Source: an uncultured delta proteobacterium (lineage in GTDB: Bacteria; Desulfobacterota; Binatia; Binatales; Binataceae). From it: a DNA stretch of 64,000 nucleotides. The position numbers were made by a program, and so were the translations under genes. Numbering within the stretch: position 1 is the first letter of the stretch; each line of letters opens with the position of its first letter. Below are positions 53,421 through 63,572 of the stretch, piece by piece. Location of the stretch: contig CAWCDG010000004.1 of NCBI GenBank assembly GCA_963794325.1, positions 320,001 to 384,000 on the forward strand, in the 5' to 3' direction. Below the pieces are notes generated by a model. It ran no database searches. It was not told the origin of the DNA and saw only the letters and a list, made by a program, of their open reading frames with translations.

Positions 53421-53585
53421 ATGATCGCGATTGCGCTGGCATTGTCAGCGGCGCCGCGAATTGGGAAAGCGGGGGACGGCGGCGATGGTCGTGACCTCGT
53501 GCAGTTTCGACAGGAGGTCGAGACGCTCAAGGGCTCCGAAGGCGCCGAGCGACGGGTCGTTCCCGACGGGAGCGGCCTCGGCTAG
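53421..53585 (+). pseudogene. Possible truncated remnant of an exported protein gene
   Basis: GGAGGG RBS, signal-peptide-like start and short coiled coil (FRQEVETLKG). Ends abutting the convergent gene. Confidence 0.3.
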
Positions 53586-54713
53586 TTACTTTTTCTCTGG
53601 CGCCGTTTTATCCGGTTTGATTTTCTCGGCGATAGAACTGATCACCAGTAGCACCGATTCCGAGGCAAATCCTGATGCAAACGCCAGTGCCACCGAGGAA
53701 GATCGTGAAGTCGGTATCATGGCGTTGTAGGCGGTAATAGCTATGAGAGGAGCCGAGAGCACCTGCATGATTTGAAAGACCAGGAGCTCACGTACTTGAA
53801 CTGGTGAAAGAGTATTCGATTTTACATCCCGACTCTGACTCTCGTCATCCTTTGGTATAGGCGGCGCGTTGGCCGGGTCGGCAGCCGCGTCCGGAGTCTT
53901 GCCATCGTCGCTAGGGTCGGGGACGTGCACGTCGCGCTGATATTCCGGCACCCGTCGAGCCATGCTAACCGCGGCGCCCATAATGGCCAACATTATGAAG
54001 TACCACGGCACCGCCAATCCTCCGTAAACCATAACCGGATAGAACAGCGCCGAGCGAGCGGCTATCGGGACATGCTCCTCGTCCTTCAGGGCGCTGCCCC
54101 CGATTTTGAACAACCATTGGCCCGCATAGGTATCTTCAGGTTTTTCTGCCGGAGTGGCGGCTGCATGAGGGGAACTGACTTGAGCGGCGTCAGTGGGCGC
54201 GGTGATTCCCGTCGTTGGAGTCGCCTGAGCAGAAGGACTGGGACAGGAGAGTTCCCATTCCGTTTCCTTTCGCGTATGCACACAGCCTCGGACCAGTCCA
54301 ACCGGGCTATCCACCATGGCACGGTAGAAAGCGCTGGGGGTAGTGGAGTCGGTTGAGTTCTTCGAGTTTAAGTAATAGTCGATGCCCAACACGAACGGCG
54401 GCAAAAACGCGACGGACAAGGCGAACAGCACGAAGACGTAAGATATGAGCACCATCTCACGGACGGTATGGACTACGTCATCTGGCTCCATTCTCTTCAG
54501 CGGTCGAGTAAATACGTCCAGGCACCAACCCGCTATCAGCAGGAACGCTAGGAGCGCCACAATGGAAATGCCAAGCCAACTGCCCCATATCGCCGAGGCT
54601 AGCGCGAATCCGATTACTACTATGATCGAGATCGGTCCGCCCAGCTCGCGGAAGAAACCCTGTGTTCTGACAGTTAGTCCACGAAAGAACTCGCCCCATG
54701 TACTGCCAGCCAT
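53586..54713 (-). CDS. Hypothetical multi-pass membrane protein
   Basis: 375-aa ORF with about 6 TM segments, GGGGGA RBS and atypical codon usage. Confidence 0.7.
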   Translation of the reverse strand: MAGSTWGEFFRGLTVRTQGFFRELGGPISIIVVIGFALASAIWGSWLGISIVALLAFLLIAGWCLDVFTRPLKRMEPDDVVHTVREMVLISYVFVLFALSVAFLPPFVLGIDYYLNSKNSTDSTTPSAFYRAMVDSPVGLVRGCVHTRKETEWELSCPSPSAQATPTTGITAPTDAAQVSSPHAAATPAEKPEDTYAGQWLFKIGGSALKDEEHVPIAARSALFYPVMVYGGLAVPWYFIMLAIMGAAVSMARRVPEYQRDVHVPDPSDDGKTPDAAADPANAPPIPKDDESQSRDVKSNTLSPVQVRELLVFQIMQVLSAPLIAITAYNAMIPTSRSSSVALAFASGFASESVLLVISSIAEKIKPDKTAPEKK

Positions 54714-54808
54714 AAATCTGTCCCCCCGTTATAACTGCCAGGTGTTGATGGTTGACTGACTGGTAACCCTCCCATTCGGGCGTTCATAGGTCAAGTAAGG
54801 TTCCGATT

Positions 54809-55555
54809 TCACATCGCGAGGCCGCCATCTACCTGGATTATTGCGCCGGTTATGTACGATGCGCCGTCACTCATCAGGAATGCAGCCATAGGCACTACGT
54901 CTTCGACTTTGCCGAAGCGTCCCAGCGGAATCATTGCGAGTGCTTGTGCACGATTCTCTTCGGGCAGCGAGGCTGTCATGTCGGTTTCTATAAATCCCAG
55001 CGCCAGGGCATTGACACGGACACCTAGGCGCCCTACTTCCTTCGCGACGGATTTCGTAAGACCTATCAGTCCCGCCTTAGCCGCCGAGTAGTTCGCTTGT
55101 CCGGGAAGTCCTATAAGACCACTTACCGATGTTATATTGAGGATCGAGCCGCGCTTCGCTTTCATCATCATGAAGGCGGCCGCGCGCGCGAAATTAAATG
55201 CGCCGGTCAGATTGACCCTGATGACCTCGTTCCAGTCCTCTTCCGACATCATCACGAACACTTTGTCGCGCGTCATACCCGCGTTATTGACCAGCCCGTC
55301 GATTTGCCCGAATTCCTTCTTGGTCGCATTGACCATCTCGCGCACGCTCTTGAGATCGCCGACATCGACTTTGAACGCGAGCGCCTTGACGCCGAGCTTC
55401 TCGATTTCGGCCTTCAACTCAGCCGCTGGTTGATCGCTCTTGAGGTAGTTGAACGACACATTGGCGCCGCGCCGCGCGACTTCGAGCGCGATCGCCTTGC
55501 CGATTCCACGCGTCGCGCCTGTAACAATGATTCCGCGCCCTTCGAGATCCTTCAT
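54809..55555 (-). CDS. fabG: 3-oxoacyl-ACP reductase (FabG-like SDR)
   Basis: TGATRGIG, NNAGMTRD, GQANYSAAKAG, GFIETDMT. AGGAG RBS before ATG 55555. Confidence 0.85.
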   Translation of the reverse strand: MKDLEGRGIIVTGATRGIGKAIALEVARRGANVSFNYLKSDQPAAELKAEIEKLGVKALAFKVDVGDLKSVREMVNATKKEFGQIDGLVNNAGMTRDKVFVMMSEEDWNEVIRVNLTGAFNFARAAAFMMMKAKRGSILNITSVSGLIGLPGQANYSAAKAGLIGLTKSVAKEVGRLGVRVNALALGFIETDMTASLPEENRAQALAMIPLGRFGKVEDVVPMAAFLMSDGASYITGAIIQVDGGLAM

Positions 55556-55571
55556 GTTGAGCTCCTGAGTC

Positions 55572-56132
55572 CTAGGCCAAGTCCGCCGCGGCCATTTGAC
55601 GTTCCAAAGCGGGACGGTACTGAGCGATGTACGATAGATAATTGTATCCGAAGGCGCGCTCGAATTCGGCGTCGTATTTCGGCGGATGGCCGCCAAGGTC
55701 CTTGGCGAGCCACGTGAGCACCATCCACTCCTCAGAGCGCGGTGCTTTGCGGAGCGCGTCGCGCCGGAGCATCACCTGCATCGGCGTGACGCCCGTTACA
55801 TTCGCCAACAGCGGAATCATCTCGCTCTCGTTGTTCTGCATCTCGTCGCGCGCGAACATATTCACTGAATAGATCAGCATCGTCGTGATACACGCGGCCA
55901 CCGTCTCAGGCGTCGCGCGATCGCCATACATATGAAGGGGGCCTTTTTGCGAGAGCGCATAAGCAAGGAAGTCCGCATTGGCATCAAGGATCGTCGAGAT
56001 AAACTGAATCGCGCGCGGCGATCCCATCTCGCGCAAGCGCGTCCGCATCGCATCGAGGCCCGGCTTCGCCAGCCTCCGCATAAAACGCCGCCGCGCCGGC
56101 GACAGCCAGTAGATCAATCCCGAGAGCATCAT
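55572..56132 (-). CDS. Hypothetical protein
   Basis: Host-like codon usage, colinear between the iscA-like and fabG-like genes. Confidence 0.65.
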   Translation of the reverse strand: MMLSGLIYWLSPARRRFMRRLAKPGLDAMRTRLREMGSPRAIQFISTILDANADFLAYALSQKGPLHMYGDRATPETVAACITTMLIYSVNMFARDEMQNNESEMIPLLANVTGVTPMQVMLRRDALRKAPRSEEWMVLTWLAKDLGGHPPKYDAEFERAFGYNYLSYIAQYRPALERQMAAADLA

Positions 56133-56157
56133 CGATCCGTCTAACACGGTCGTTCCT

Positions 56158-56192
56158 GAAAAGAAAAAGGCCGCCCCTTTTTGGAGCGGCCT
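56158..56192 (-). terminator. Rho-independent terminator after the iscA-like gene
   Basis: Minus strand AGGCCGCTCC-AAAAA-GGGGCGGCCT followed by TTTTCTTTT. Confidence 0.75.
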
Positions 56193-56215
56193 CGCAAATC
56201 GATCAGTGAGAACTA

Positions 56216-56623
56216 CTATGCGCTGAACGACGACCCGCATCCGCAGGTGCGGCTTGCGCGCGGATTATCAAAACGGAAGCCCGCGCCATGCAGTCCCTCG
56301 ACGTAGTCGAGCGTCGTGCCGGCGATATACGGCAGTGAAATCTCGTCGACCAGTACCCGCACGCCCTCGAAATCCGTGACCCGGTCGCCGTCCTTCTGCG
56401 TGTCGAAGTTCAGGGAATATTGAAACCCGGAGCATCCGCCGCCGACCACTCCGATACGCATCCCATGCTCGGCGCTTAAAGCTTCCTTCGCGTGCATCTT
56501 GCGCACCATCTCGATCGCCTTGGGCGTCAGCTTGACGTCGGGCAGCGACGCGGTATCGACTGGCTGGGCGGGCGCCTGCTGTTCGACATGCGCATGTTCG
56601 TGCGTTCTCGTGCGCGTGCCCAT
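56216..56623 (-). CDS. Iron-sulfur cluster assembly accessory protein (IscA/ErpA/HesB)
   Basis: GGGCSGFQY and NPRASRTCGCGSSF. Confidence 0.95.
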   Translation of the reverse strand: MGTRTRTHEHAHVEQQAPAQPVDTASLPDVKLTPKAIEMVRKMHAKEALSAEHGMRIGVVGGGCSGFQYSLNFDTQKDGDRVTDFEGVRVLVDEISLPYIAGTTLDYVEGLHGAGFRFDNPRASRTCGCGSSFSA

Positions 56624-56796
56624 GATGCTCGATATTCAGTCCTTCGTCCATTTTTTGCTCCAAACCTCCGGTAAGAAGCGCTTACAAATCGATCCAGCGC
56701 CTCATCAAGAACCTAATCATAGCAAATAGTCGAGTCAATGTATCCACAATTGTCAGCGCGAAATGCCCCGCCAAATGCTAGCGTTTTAGCATCGCG

Positions 56797-57906
56797 ATGG
56801 CTCTTTTTACTGAAACCGTGAAGGACCTCGCCAACGAACTTGGATTCGTCCTGGTTGGATTCGCGAGACTTCGTCCGCTAGGGGATCGCGAGGCTTTCTA
56901 TCGCGGATGGCTCGCCGAGGGCGGTCACGCGTCGATGACCTACCTCGCCAAAGATCCTGAACTCAGGTTCGACCCGCGCCGCCTCGACGCTCGCTACAAG
57001 TCCGTCGTCAGCCTGGGCTATCCGTACGCGGCGCGCGCGACACCGAACGTCGATTGGCGCGCGGAGATGCGCGGCAGAATCGCGGCGTACGCGCTCGGCC
57101 GCGACTATCACGAGGTGGTGAAAAAGCTGGCGCGGCAGGTCGGCGACGTGATCCGCCAGCTTCGAGCCGGATCGATAACGCGCACCTACGTCGATACCGG
57201 GCCGGTGTTCGAGCGCGAGTGGGCATCGCAATCGGGTATCGGATGGTTCGGCAAAAACACGATGATTCTGAATCGCGAGCACGGTTCGTATTTCTTTCTC
57301 GCCGAGATTTTCACCGACGTGGAATTCGACGCGCCGGTCGAGCCCTATCGCGATCATTGTGGATCGTGCCGGCGATGCCTCGATTTGTGCCCGACCGGCG
57401 CGCTTGCCGACGGTTACGTGATGCGCTCGGATCTCTGCATCTCGTATCAGACCATCGAAAATCGCGGTGCGATCCCACGCGAGCTGCGGCCCAGGCTGGG
57501 CAACTGGATCTTCGGCTGCGACATTTGCAACGACGTATGCCCATGGAACAACGACCGCGCACCCGACGACTCGATCGACGATCTACTCCCGCGTCTTCCC
57601 GAGTTGCTGGCGCTCAGCGAGGAAGAGTTCGGCTCGCGGTTCACGGTGAGCGCGGTGAAGCGCGCCAAGCGCCGCGGACTGCTGCGCAACGTCGCGGTCG
57701 CGCTCGGCAACACTCGAAATCCCGACGCGGTAGCATCGCTCGCGCGCTCGATTGAATCGGAGTCCGAGGCGTTGATTCGATCGCACGCGGCATGGGCGCT
57801 CGGGCAGATTGGCGGCAGCAGTGCGCGACGCGCACTCGAACGCGCGCTCCGCGACCGCGACACTGCGGTGCGCAGAGAGGCGGATGCGGCGCTGGGAACA
57901 AACTGA
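56797..57906 (+). CDS. queG: tRNA epoxyqueuosine reductase
   Basis: YALGRDYH, VDTGPVFER, GWFGKN, CGSCRRCLDLCPT, CISYQTIE, FGCDICNDVCPWN and C-terminal HEAT repeats. Confidence 0.95.
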   Translation: MALFTETVKDLANELGFVLVGFARLRPLGDREAFYRGWLAEGGHASMTYLAKDPELRFDPRRLDARYKSVVSLGYPYAARATPNVDWRAEMRGRIAAYALGRDYHEVVKKLARQVGDVIRQLRAGSITRTYVDTGPVFEREWASQSGIGWFGKNTMILNREHGSYFFLAEIFTDVEFDAPVEPYRDHCGSCRRCLDLCPTGALADGYVMRSDLCISYQTIENRGAIPRELRPRLGNWIFGCDICNDVCPWNNDRAPDDSIDDLLPRLPELLALSEEEFGSRFTVSAVKRAKRRGLLRNVAVALGNTRNPDAVASLARSIESESEALIRSHAAWALGQIGGSSARRALERALRDRDTAVRREADAALGTN

Positions 57907-57966
57907 TCGCAGCCGCTTGTCAAAGCATTGGCGCAAAGCAACACTGTTACGAACGGTGGTCATGCG

Positions 57967-58791
57967 ATGAACGATGCACGACGGGAATTTGCGGCGATTG
58001 CAGCCAAAGAGCCGGTGCCATTGGCGCGCGGCGCGCTGCTGATCGCGAAGGAAGAGTATCCGACCCTCGACATCGACGAGTATCTCGACAAGCTGGCGAC
58101 GCTCGCGCGCGAGGCCGAGCCGATCGTGCGCGCCGGCGAGGATACCGTCGAGCGCATCCAGTTGCTGTCGCATTTTCTGTTCGAGCTGAAGGGCTTCGAG
58201 GGCAACGCCGAGAATTACAACGACCCGCGCAATTCATTTCTGAACGACGTCATCAATCGACGCCTCGGGCTGCCGATCACGCTGTCAGTGGTCTATCTCG
58301 AAGTCGGCCGCCGCCTCGGCATCAATCTGTACGGCGTTTCGTTCCCCAATCATTTCCTGGTCAAAGCGGTCGATGAGCGCGGCGAGTTGATCATCGATCC
58401 ATTCGTCGGCGGGAAGATTCTGGCGCTCGACGAGATTCGCGCGCGCCTGACGCAAATCTACGGGCAGCCGGTCGAGCTGAATCCCGCGATGCTGAAGGCG
58501 CGCGGCGCGCGTCACATCCTGGCGCGGATACTGCGCAACCTGAAAATCATTTACATGGGCACGTCGGATTGGACGCGCGCGCTGTCGGCGCTCGACCGAA
58601 TCATCATGCTGGAGCCGCGATCGCTCGACGAGCTGGTCGAACGCGGCGGCTTGTTCGAGCGGCTGGAATGCTTCAAGCCGGCGCTCGACGACTACCAGAG
58701 TTTTCTGTCGCAGGCGCCCGAGCATCCCGCGGCCGAGGCCGCGCGCGAAGCGGTGATGCGCCTGATTCGTCAAGTTGCGCTAATAAATTGA
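57967..58791 (+). CDS. SirB1 / transglutaminase-like protein with TPR repeat
   Basis: YNDPRNSFLNDVINRRLGLPITLS, FPNHFLV, IDPF, RILRNLK. Confidence 0.9.
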   Translation: MNDARREFAAIAAKEPVPLARGALLIAKEEYPTLDIDEYLDKLATLAREAEPIVRAGEDTVERIQLLSHFLFELKGFEGNAENYNDPRNSFLNDVINRRLGLPITLSVVYLEVGRRLGINLYGVSFPNHFLVKAVDERGELIIDPFVGGKILALDEIRARLTQIYGQPVELNPAMLKARGARHILARILRNLKIIYMGTSDWTRALSALDRIIMLEPRSLDELVERGGLFERLECFKPALDDYQSFLSQAPEHPAAEAAREAVMRLIRQVALIN

Positions 58792-58806
58792 CGCGCGACC
58801 ACCTGG

Positions 58807-60225
58807 ATGGCTGAATTCCCGAAAGCCCGCGATTTCTTCGAATCGAGCACCGCCGCTGTCGGCGACCACGAGTTGCGGCGCAAGCTCGAAAGCGCCAGCG
58901 GCCGGCATCTCGATCACTTCGCGCAAGTCAAAGCGGAGTTTCCGGCGTACGACGACGAACGCGACGCGGCGCATCGAATCAAGACTGACGCGATTGCGCA
59001 TCTCGACGAATTGCTGATCGAGCTGACCTCGAAGCTTGAAGCGCGCGGATGCAAGGTGTTCTTTGCGGAGGACGCAAAGCAGGCGAGCGACTATATCGTC
59101 GCACTCGCGAAGGCCAAGGGCGCCAGTAACGTCGTCAAGGGCAAGTCGATGACGACCGAGGAGATCGATCTCAACGACGCGCTCGCAAAGGCGGGCATCG
59201 ATGCGGTCGAGACTGATCTCGGTGAATACATCGTGCAGCTTCGCGGCGAGCGTCCGTCGCACATCATCACGCCCGCGATTCATCTTTCGAAGGAAGATAT
59301 TGGCCAGCTCTTCACCGACAAGTTCGGCATCGAGTACACGGCGGAGCCTGAAAAGCTCACGGCCGAAGCGCGATCGCGGCTGCGTGCGATTTTTCTCGCG
59401 GCGGATTTCGGCGTCACCGGCGTCAATTTTGCGATCGCGGAAACCGGCACGCTGATCGTCGTCGAGAACGAAGGCAACGGGCGGTTGTCGAGCACTATGC
59501 CGGAGACGTTCGTCGCGGTGATGGGAATCGAGAAGGTCATCCCGCGGCTCGAAGACCTGAGCCATTTTCTGGAAATCCTCGCGCGCACCGCGACCGGCCA
59601 GAAACTCACGACCTACACCAGTTTCATCACGGGGCCGCGGCGCGAGGGCGAGCTCGACGGGCCCGGCGAGATGCACGTGGTGATCCTCGACAACGGACGC
59701 AGCTCGATGCTCGCGGATCCGGTTCTGCGCGAGGCGCTGAATTGCATTCGATGCGGCGCGTGCCTGAACGTATGCCCGATTTACCGGCGCATCGGTGGTC
59801 ACGCGTATCGATCGGTGTATCCGGGGCCGATCGGATCGATCGTCAGTCCAAATCTATTTGGCAGCGCCGCTGGCTACCTCCCGTTCGCGTCCACGTTGTG
59901 CGGCGCGTGCAAGGACATCTGTCCGGTAAAGATCGACATCCCGCGAATCCTGCTGCATCTGCGGTGGAAGGAGAGCATCGGCAATCATCCGCTCAAATGG
60001 CCGCGCAAGATCGAGCGAGCGCGGCGCGGCGCGCGGCGGTTTGCGAAGGCCGCGCGATTTCCGCGGACGATTCGCACGCTGGGGAAATTCGCGGCGATAG
60101 TGTTGAAGCCATTCGCGCACAATGGTTATCTGCGCCGGATGCCGGGACCGTTCGGCAACTGGACGAAGTATCGCGACTTCCCGCGGCCGCGCCCGCACAA
60201 GCGGCCCGAGCCGCCGCCAGGTTGA
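58807..60225 (+). CDS. lutB: Lactate utilization Fe-S protein LutB/LldF
   Basis: KGKSMTTEEI, ETDLGEYIVQL, CIRCGACLNVCP, STLCGACKDICPVKIDIP. Confidence 0.93.
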   Translation: MAEFPKARDFFESSTAAVGDHELRRKLESASGRHLDHFAQVKAEFPAYDDERDAAHRIKTDAIAHLDELLIELTSKLEARGCKVFFAEDAKQASDYIVALAKAKGASNVVKGKSMTTEEIDLNDALAKAGIDAVETDLGEYIVQLRGERPSHIITPAIHLSKEDIGQLFTDKFGIEYTAEPEKLTAEARSRLRAIFLAADFGVTGVNFAIAETGTLIVVENEGNGRLSSTMPETFVAVMGIEKVIPRLEDLSHFLEILARTATGQKLTTYTSFITGPRREGELDGPGEMHVVILDNGRSSMLADPVLREALNCIRCGACLNVCPIYRRIGGHAYRSVYPGPIGSIVSPNLFGSAAGYLPFASTLCGACKDICPVKIDIPRILLHLRWKESIGNHPLKWPRKIERARRGARRFAKAARFPRTIRTLGKFAAIVLKPFAHNGYLRRMPGPFGNWTKYRDFPRPRPHKRPEPPPG

Positions 60226-60226
60226 G

Positions 60227-60916
60227 GTGGCCGAGCTGCACAAAATAATCGCGAGCGTCAAGGACGCGCTCGCCGGAGCGCGGGACAACTCGCATCCCGC
60301 GGATGCCACCGCCGCGGTGCCGGTGTCGCCGTCGGCGCAGCGGGCGGAGCTCGCATCGTCATTCGCCCGCGAGCTCGAAGAGGTCGGCGGCAGGTTTCTT
60401 GGAATAGTCACTCCCGCCGAACTGACTAATCGAATAGTCAGTCTGGCCGGCGAGATTGCCGCGAAGACAGTCGCGCTTGGACAAACCCTCGCGTTCGACA
60501 TGGACGCGATCGGCGAGGCGCTCGAGCGCGCCGACTTCAGGATCGTTCGTACGGTACCGGTGGCGGACACCGAGCGCGCCGCGATGCGCTCGCGGGTCGC
60601 GGATGCGGATCTCGGGATCGCGGAGGCCGACTACGCAATCGCCTCGACCGGCACGCTGGCCGTGGTATCGAACGCGAGCCGGCCGGGTTCTCTCACGCTG
60701 CTGCCGCCGGCGAGCCTGGTGATCGTTCAGATCGATCGGATGATGTCGAATCTGGCGGCGGTGATGGCCGCGATGGGACCGGCGGGCGTTGCGGAGAATC
60801 GATTGACCTTGATCACCGGGCCGAGCCGGACTGCGGATATCGAAAAGCGAATCGTGCTCGGCGTGCACGGCCCGAAATCATTGCACGTGATCGTGGTGTG
60901 GCCGCGCGATGACTGA
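60227..60916 (+). CDS. lutC: Lactate utilization protein LutC (LUD domain)
   Basis: AIASTGTL, LITGPSRTADIEKRIVLGVHGP. Confidence 0.9.
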   Translation: MAELHKIIASVKDALAGARDNSHPADATAAVPVSPSAQRAELASSFARELEEVGGRFLGIVTPAELTNRIVSLAGEIAAKTVALGQTLAFDMDAIGEALERADFRIVRTVPVADTERAAMRSRVADADLGIAEADYAIASTGTLAVVSNASRPGSLTLLPPASLVIVQIDRMMSNLAAVMAAMGPAGVAENRLTLITGPSRTADIEKRIVLGVHGPKSLHVIVVWPRDD

Positions 60917-61632
60917 AGTCCAACTATTCTCGACTTGCCTCGCCGAGGAATTTTTCCCCGAGGTCAACGACGCGGCCGCCAGCGTGCTCGAACGGCTGCG
61001 GCTGAAGGTGACGCCGATTCGCAGCGCGTTCTGCTGCGGGCAGGTGGCATTCAATGAAGGCATGCGCGACGAGGCGGTCGATCTCGCGCGTCGATTTCTG
61101 AACTCGGTCCAGCCCGGCGTTCCGATCGTCGTGCCGTCGGGCTCATGCACCAGCATGCTGAAGATTTTCTACGACGACTTGCTCGCCGATGAGTCCAACG
61201 CTCGCCGCCAAGGCGCTAGCGATTCGGCCGTGGGTGTTCGAGCTGTCGCAGTTCATCGTCAACGTGCTGAAGGTGAAGTACCTGGGCGCGCGTTACGAGC
61301 GGGCCGTCGCGTATCATCCGTCGTGTCATCTGATGCGCGAGCTGGGCGTGCGCGCCGAGCCGATGACGCTGCTGAGCGCGGTGGCGGGAATCAAGATTTG
61401 CGAATTGCGCGACCGCGAGGAGTGCTGCGGCTTCGGCGGAATGTTCTCTGTGAAGTTCCCGGATATTTCGGCCTCGATGCTCGAGGACAAGATGGCGCGC
61501 ATCAAGGAGAGCGGCGCAGAGGTGGTAGTCGCGAACGATTGCGGATGCTTGATGCAGATTGGCGGCGGGCTAAGCCGCGCGGGAGAGAAGATTGAGGTGC
61601 GGCATCTGGCGGAAGTGTTGGCGGCGAGATGA
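60909..61632 (+). CDS. lutA: Lactate utilization protein LutA, CCG domains (frameshift near 61195)
   Basis: LFSTCL, CCGQ, PSGSC in one frame; YHPSCH, ECCGFGG, DCGCLMQI in the next frame. Confidence 0.88.
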
Positions 61633-61658
61633 GGCGAGCAAAGTGATCGCGCCGCGCT

Positions 61659-61708
61659 AACCTAACCCCTAACCCCTTCCCATAGTGGGAAGGGGAACCT
61701 GATTGGAA
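61659..61708 (+). repeat. Repeat family B, copy 4
   Basis: AACCTAACCCCTAACCCCTTCCC-ATAGT-GGGAAGGGGAACCTGATTGGAA. Confidence 0.88.
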
Positions 61709-61744
61709 GGCCAGGACCCTTTCAGAGAGAGGGGAAGAACCAGA

Positions 61745-63457
61745 TTAGTGGTGTTCGTGGACGTATAGGCCTGGGGCTGGTTCTCCTGCTTTGTGCAGGT
61801 CGCTGCCTAGTGTTTTTGGCGCGGGGCGTTCGTTGCCCGAGCGGGCGGCGACCCACTTGATCCAGTGATCCCACCAAGTGCCCTTGTACTCCGTTGCGCC
61901 TTTGGACCATTCGTCGGGATCTTCGGGGAGGCGCGTGCCGATGTAGTAGCGGGCTTTGAAGTTGCCCGGCGGATTCACCAGGCTCTGGATGTGGCCGCTC
62001 GAGCCGAGCACGAATTCGATTCGTCCGCCGAACATCCGGGTCGCGCGATAGCATGCCCGCCATGCGCAGATGTGATCGGTCATGCCGGCTACGAGGTACA
62101 GATCATTTTTCACCGCGTGCAGATCGATCGGAGTATCGAGCACTGCGATCTGGCCGCCGTGGGTCAGCGGATTTCTCAGGAACAGATCCAGAAAGCCTTC
62201 ATGCAGTTTGGCCGGGAGGTTGGTCGAGTCGGCATTCCAATAGAGGATGTCGAACGGCGCGGGATCGTTGCCGAGCAGATAATTATTGACCCAATAGTTC
62301 CATACCAGATCGTTGGGACGCAGCCAGGCGAAGATGCGCGCCATGTCGCCGCCGTCGAGCACGCCTTTTTCAGCAGAGCGATCGCGCGCGGCGTTGATCG
62401 CATCCTCGGTCGCGAACATCCCGGTCATCGAGGGCAGGCTGGTGTCGAGCATCGTCACCAGCAGCGTCACCGCGTTCACGCGCTTGTCGCCTGACGCCGC
62501 GAGATGACCGAGCATCAGCGACGTCGTGATGCCGCCGGCGCATACGCCGAGCACGTTGCAATCGGGACTGCCAGTGATCTCGCACGCGGCCGCGATGGCG
62601 TCCTTGCACGCGGTAACGTATTCGTCGAGGCCCCAGTCGCGGTCGCGCGGGGTCGGATTGCGCCAGCTAATCGTGAACATCGGGATGCCGTGCTTGACCG
62701 CGTACTCGACGAAGCTGCGGCCCGGCGCGAGATCCATGATGTAGAACTTGTTGATCTGCGGCGGGATGAAGAGCAGCGGGCGATCGTAAACCTTGTCGGT
62801 CGCGGGCGCGTACTGGATCACCTCGCAGAGCGGATTTCGGAACACGACGGCGCCCTTCGAGAGCGCGAGATTCTTGCCGACTTCAAACGGCCGCTTGTCC
62901 ACCGTCGAGGGCATCCCGCCGTTGTTCCACAAATCGCCGGCAAAGTTGCGCAGTCCCCACAGCACGCTCATCCCCATCGTGTCGAAGGCGCGTTTGAGCG
63001 CGGCCGGATTGAGCAGGAACGAGTTGGTGGGCGCGAGCGCCTCGGTCATCAGGGTGAGCGCGAACTTCTGCTGCTCGACGTCCTTCCACTCGACGCTTTC
63101 ATCGTCGTTGACCAGGTCATGCATCGCGGCGCGCCACGCGAGGTAGGCCTGCATCAGGCGATGGTAGGCTGGATGCTGCGTCCATGCGGGATCGCCGAAG
63201 CGCTTGTCGCCCGCTTCAGGAGCGACTGAGGAGACACCCCCGATTATCTGGCCGAGCTCGAGCGTCAACTGGAGCGCGCGCGAGGCGACGGTCATAGGTT
63301 GCGACGCGATATGGGTCAGCAGCGTCGTCAGCGTGCCGAGCACCTGCGTGGCGTCGAGGCCGACGAACGGATTGGCGCCGAGGAGCGCATTCAGCGCCGG
63401 ATGGTTTTCCTCGGGAGTCTGGATTTCAGGCTGTCGCTTGGCTGCTGATCCGTCCAT
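61745..63457 (-). CDS. phaC: Polyhydroxyalkanoate synthase (class II-like)
   Basis: PPQINKFYIMDL, lipase box GVCAGG, WLRPNDLVWNYWVNNYLLG, DHI, SSGHIQS. Confidence 0.95.
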   Translation of the reverse strand: MDGSAAKRQPEIQTPEENHPALNALLGANPFVGLDATQVLGTLTTLLTHIASQPMTVASRALQLTLELGQIIGGVSSVAPEAGDKRFGDPAWTQHPAYHRLMQAYLAWRAAMHDLVNDDESVEWKDVEQQKFALTLMTEALAPTNSFLLNPAALKRAFDTMGMSVLWGLRNFAGDLWNNGGMPSTVDKRPFEVGKNLALSKGAVVFRNPLCEVIQYAPATDKVYDRPLLFIPPQINKFYIMDLAPGRSFVEYAVKHGIPMFTISWRNPTPRDRDWGLDEYVTACKDAIAAACEITGSPDCNVLGVCAGGITTSLMLGHLAASGDKRVNAVTLLVTMLDTSLPSMTGMFATEDAINAARDRSAEKGVLDGGDMARIFAWLRPNDLVWNYWVNNYLLGNDPAPFDILYWNADSTNLPAKLHEGFLDLFLRNPLTHGGQIAVLDTPIDLHAVKNDLYLVAGMTDHICAWRACYRATRMFGGRIEFVLGSSGHIQSLVNPPGNFKARYYIGTRLPEDPDEWSKGATEYKGTWWDHWIKWVAARSGNERPAPKTLGSDLHKAGEPAPGLYVHEHH

Positions 63458-63572
63458 GTCGCCACCTCCTGACGCCGATCACTAATGGCAGACCGCGATT
63501 CCAGCACAAAGCGGGGCTGACGCCAAATGGAAGGAGGGTCGAGGAAAGGAGCATCGCGAATGATGCTCGGCG

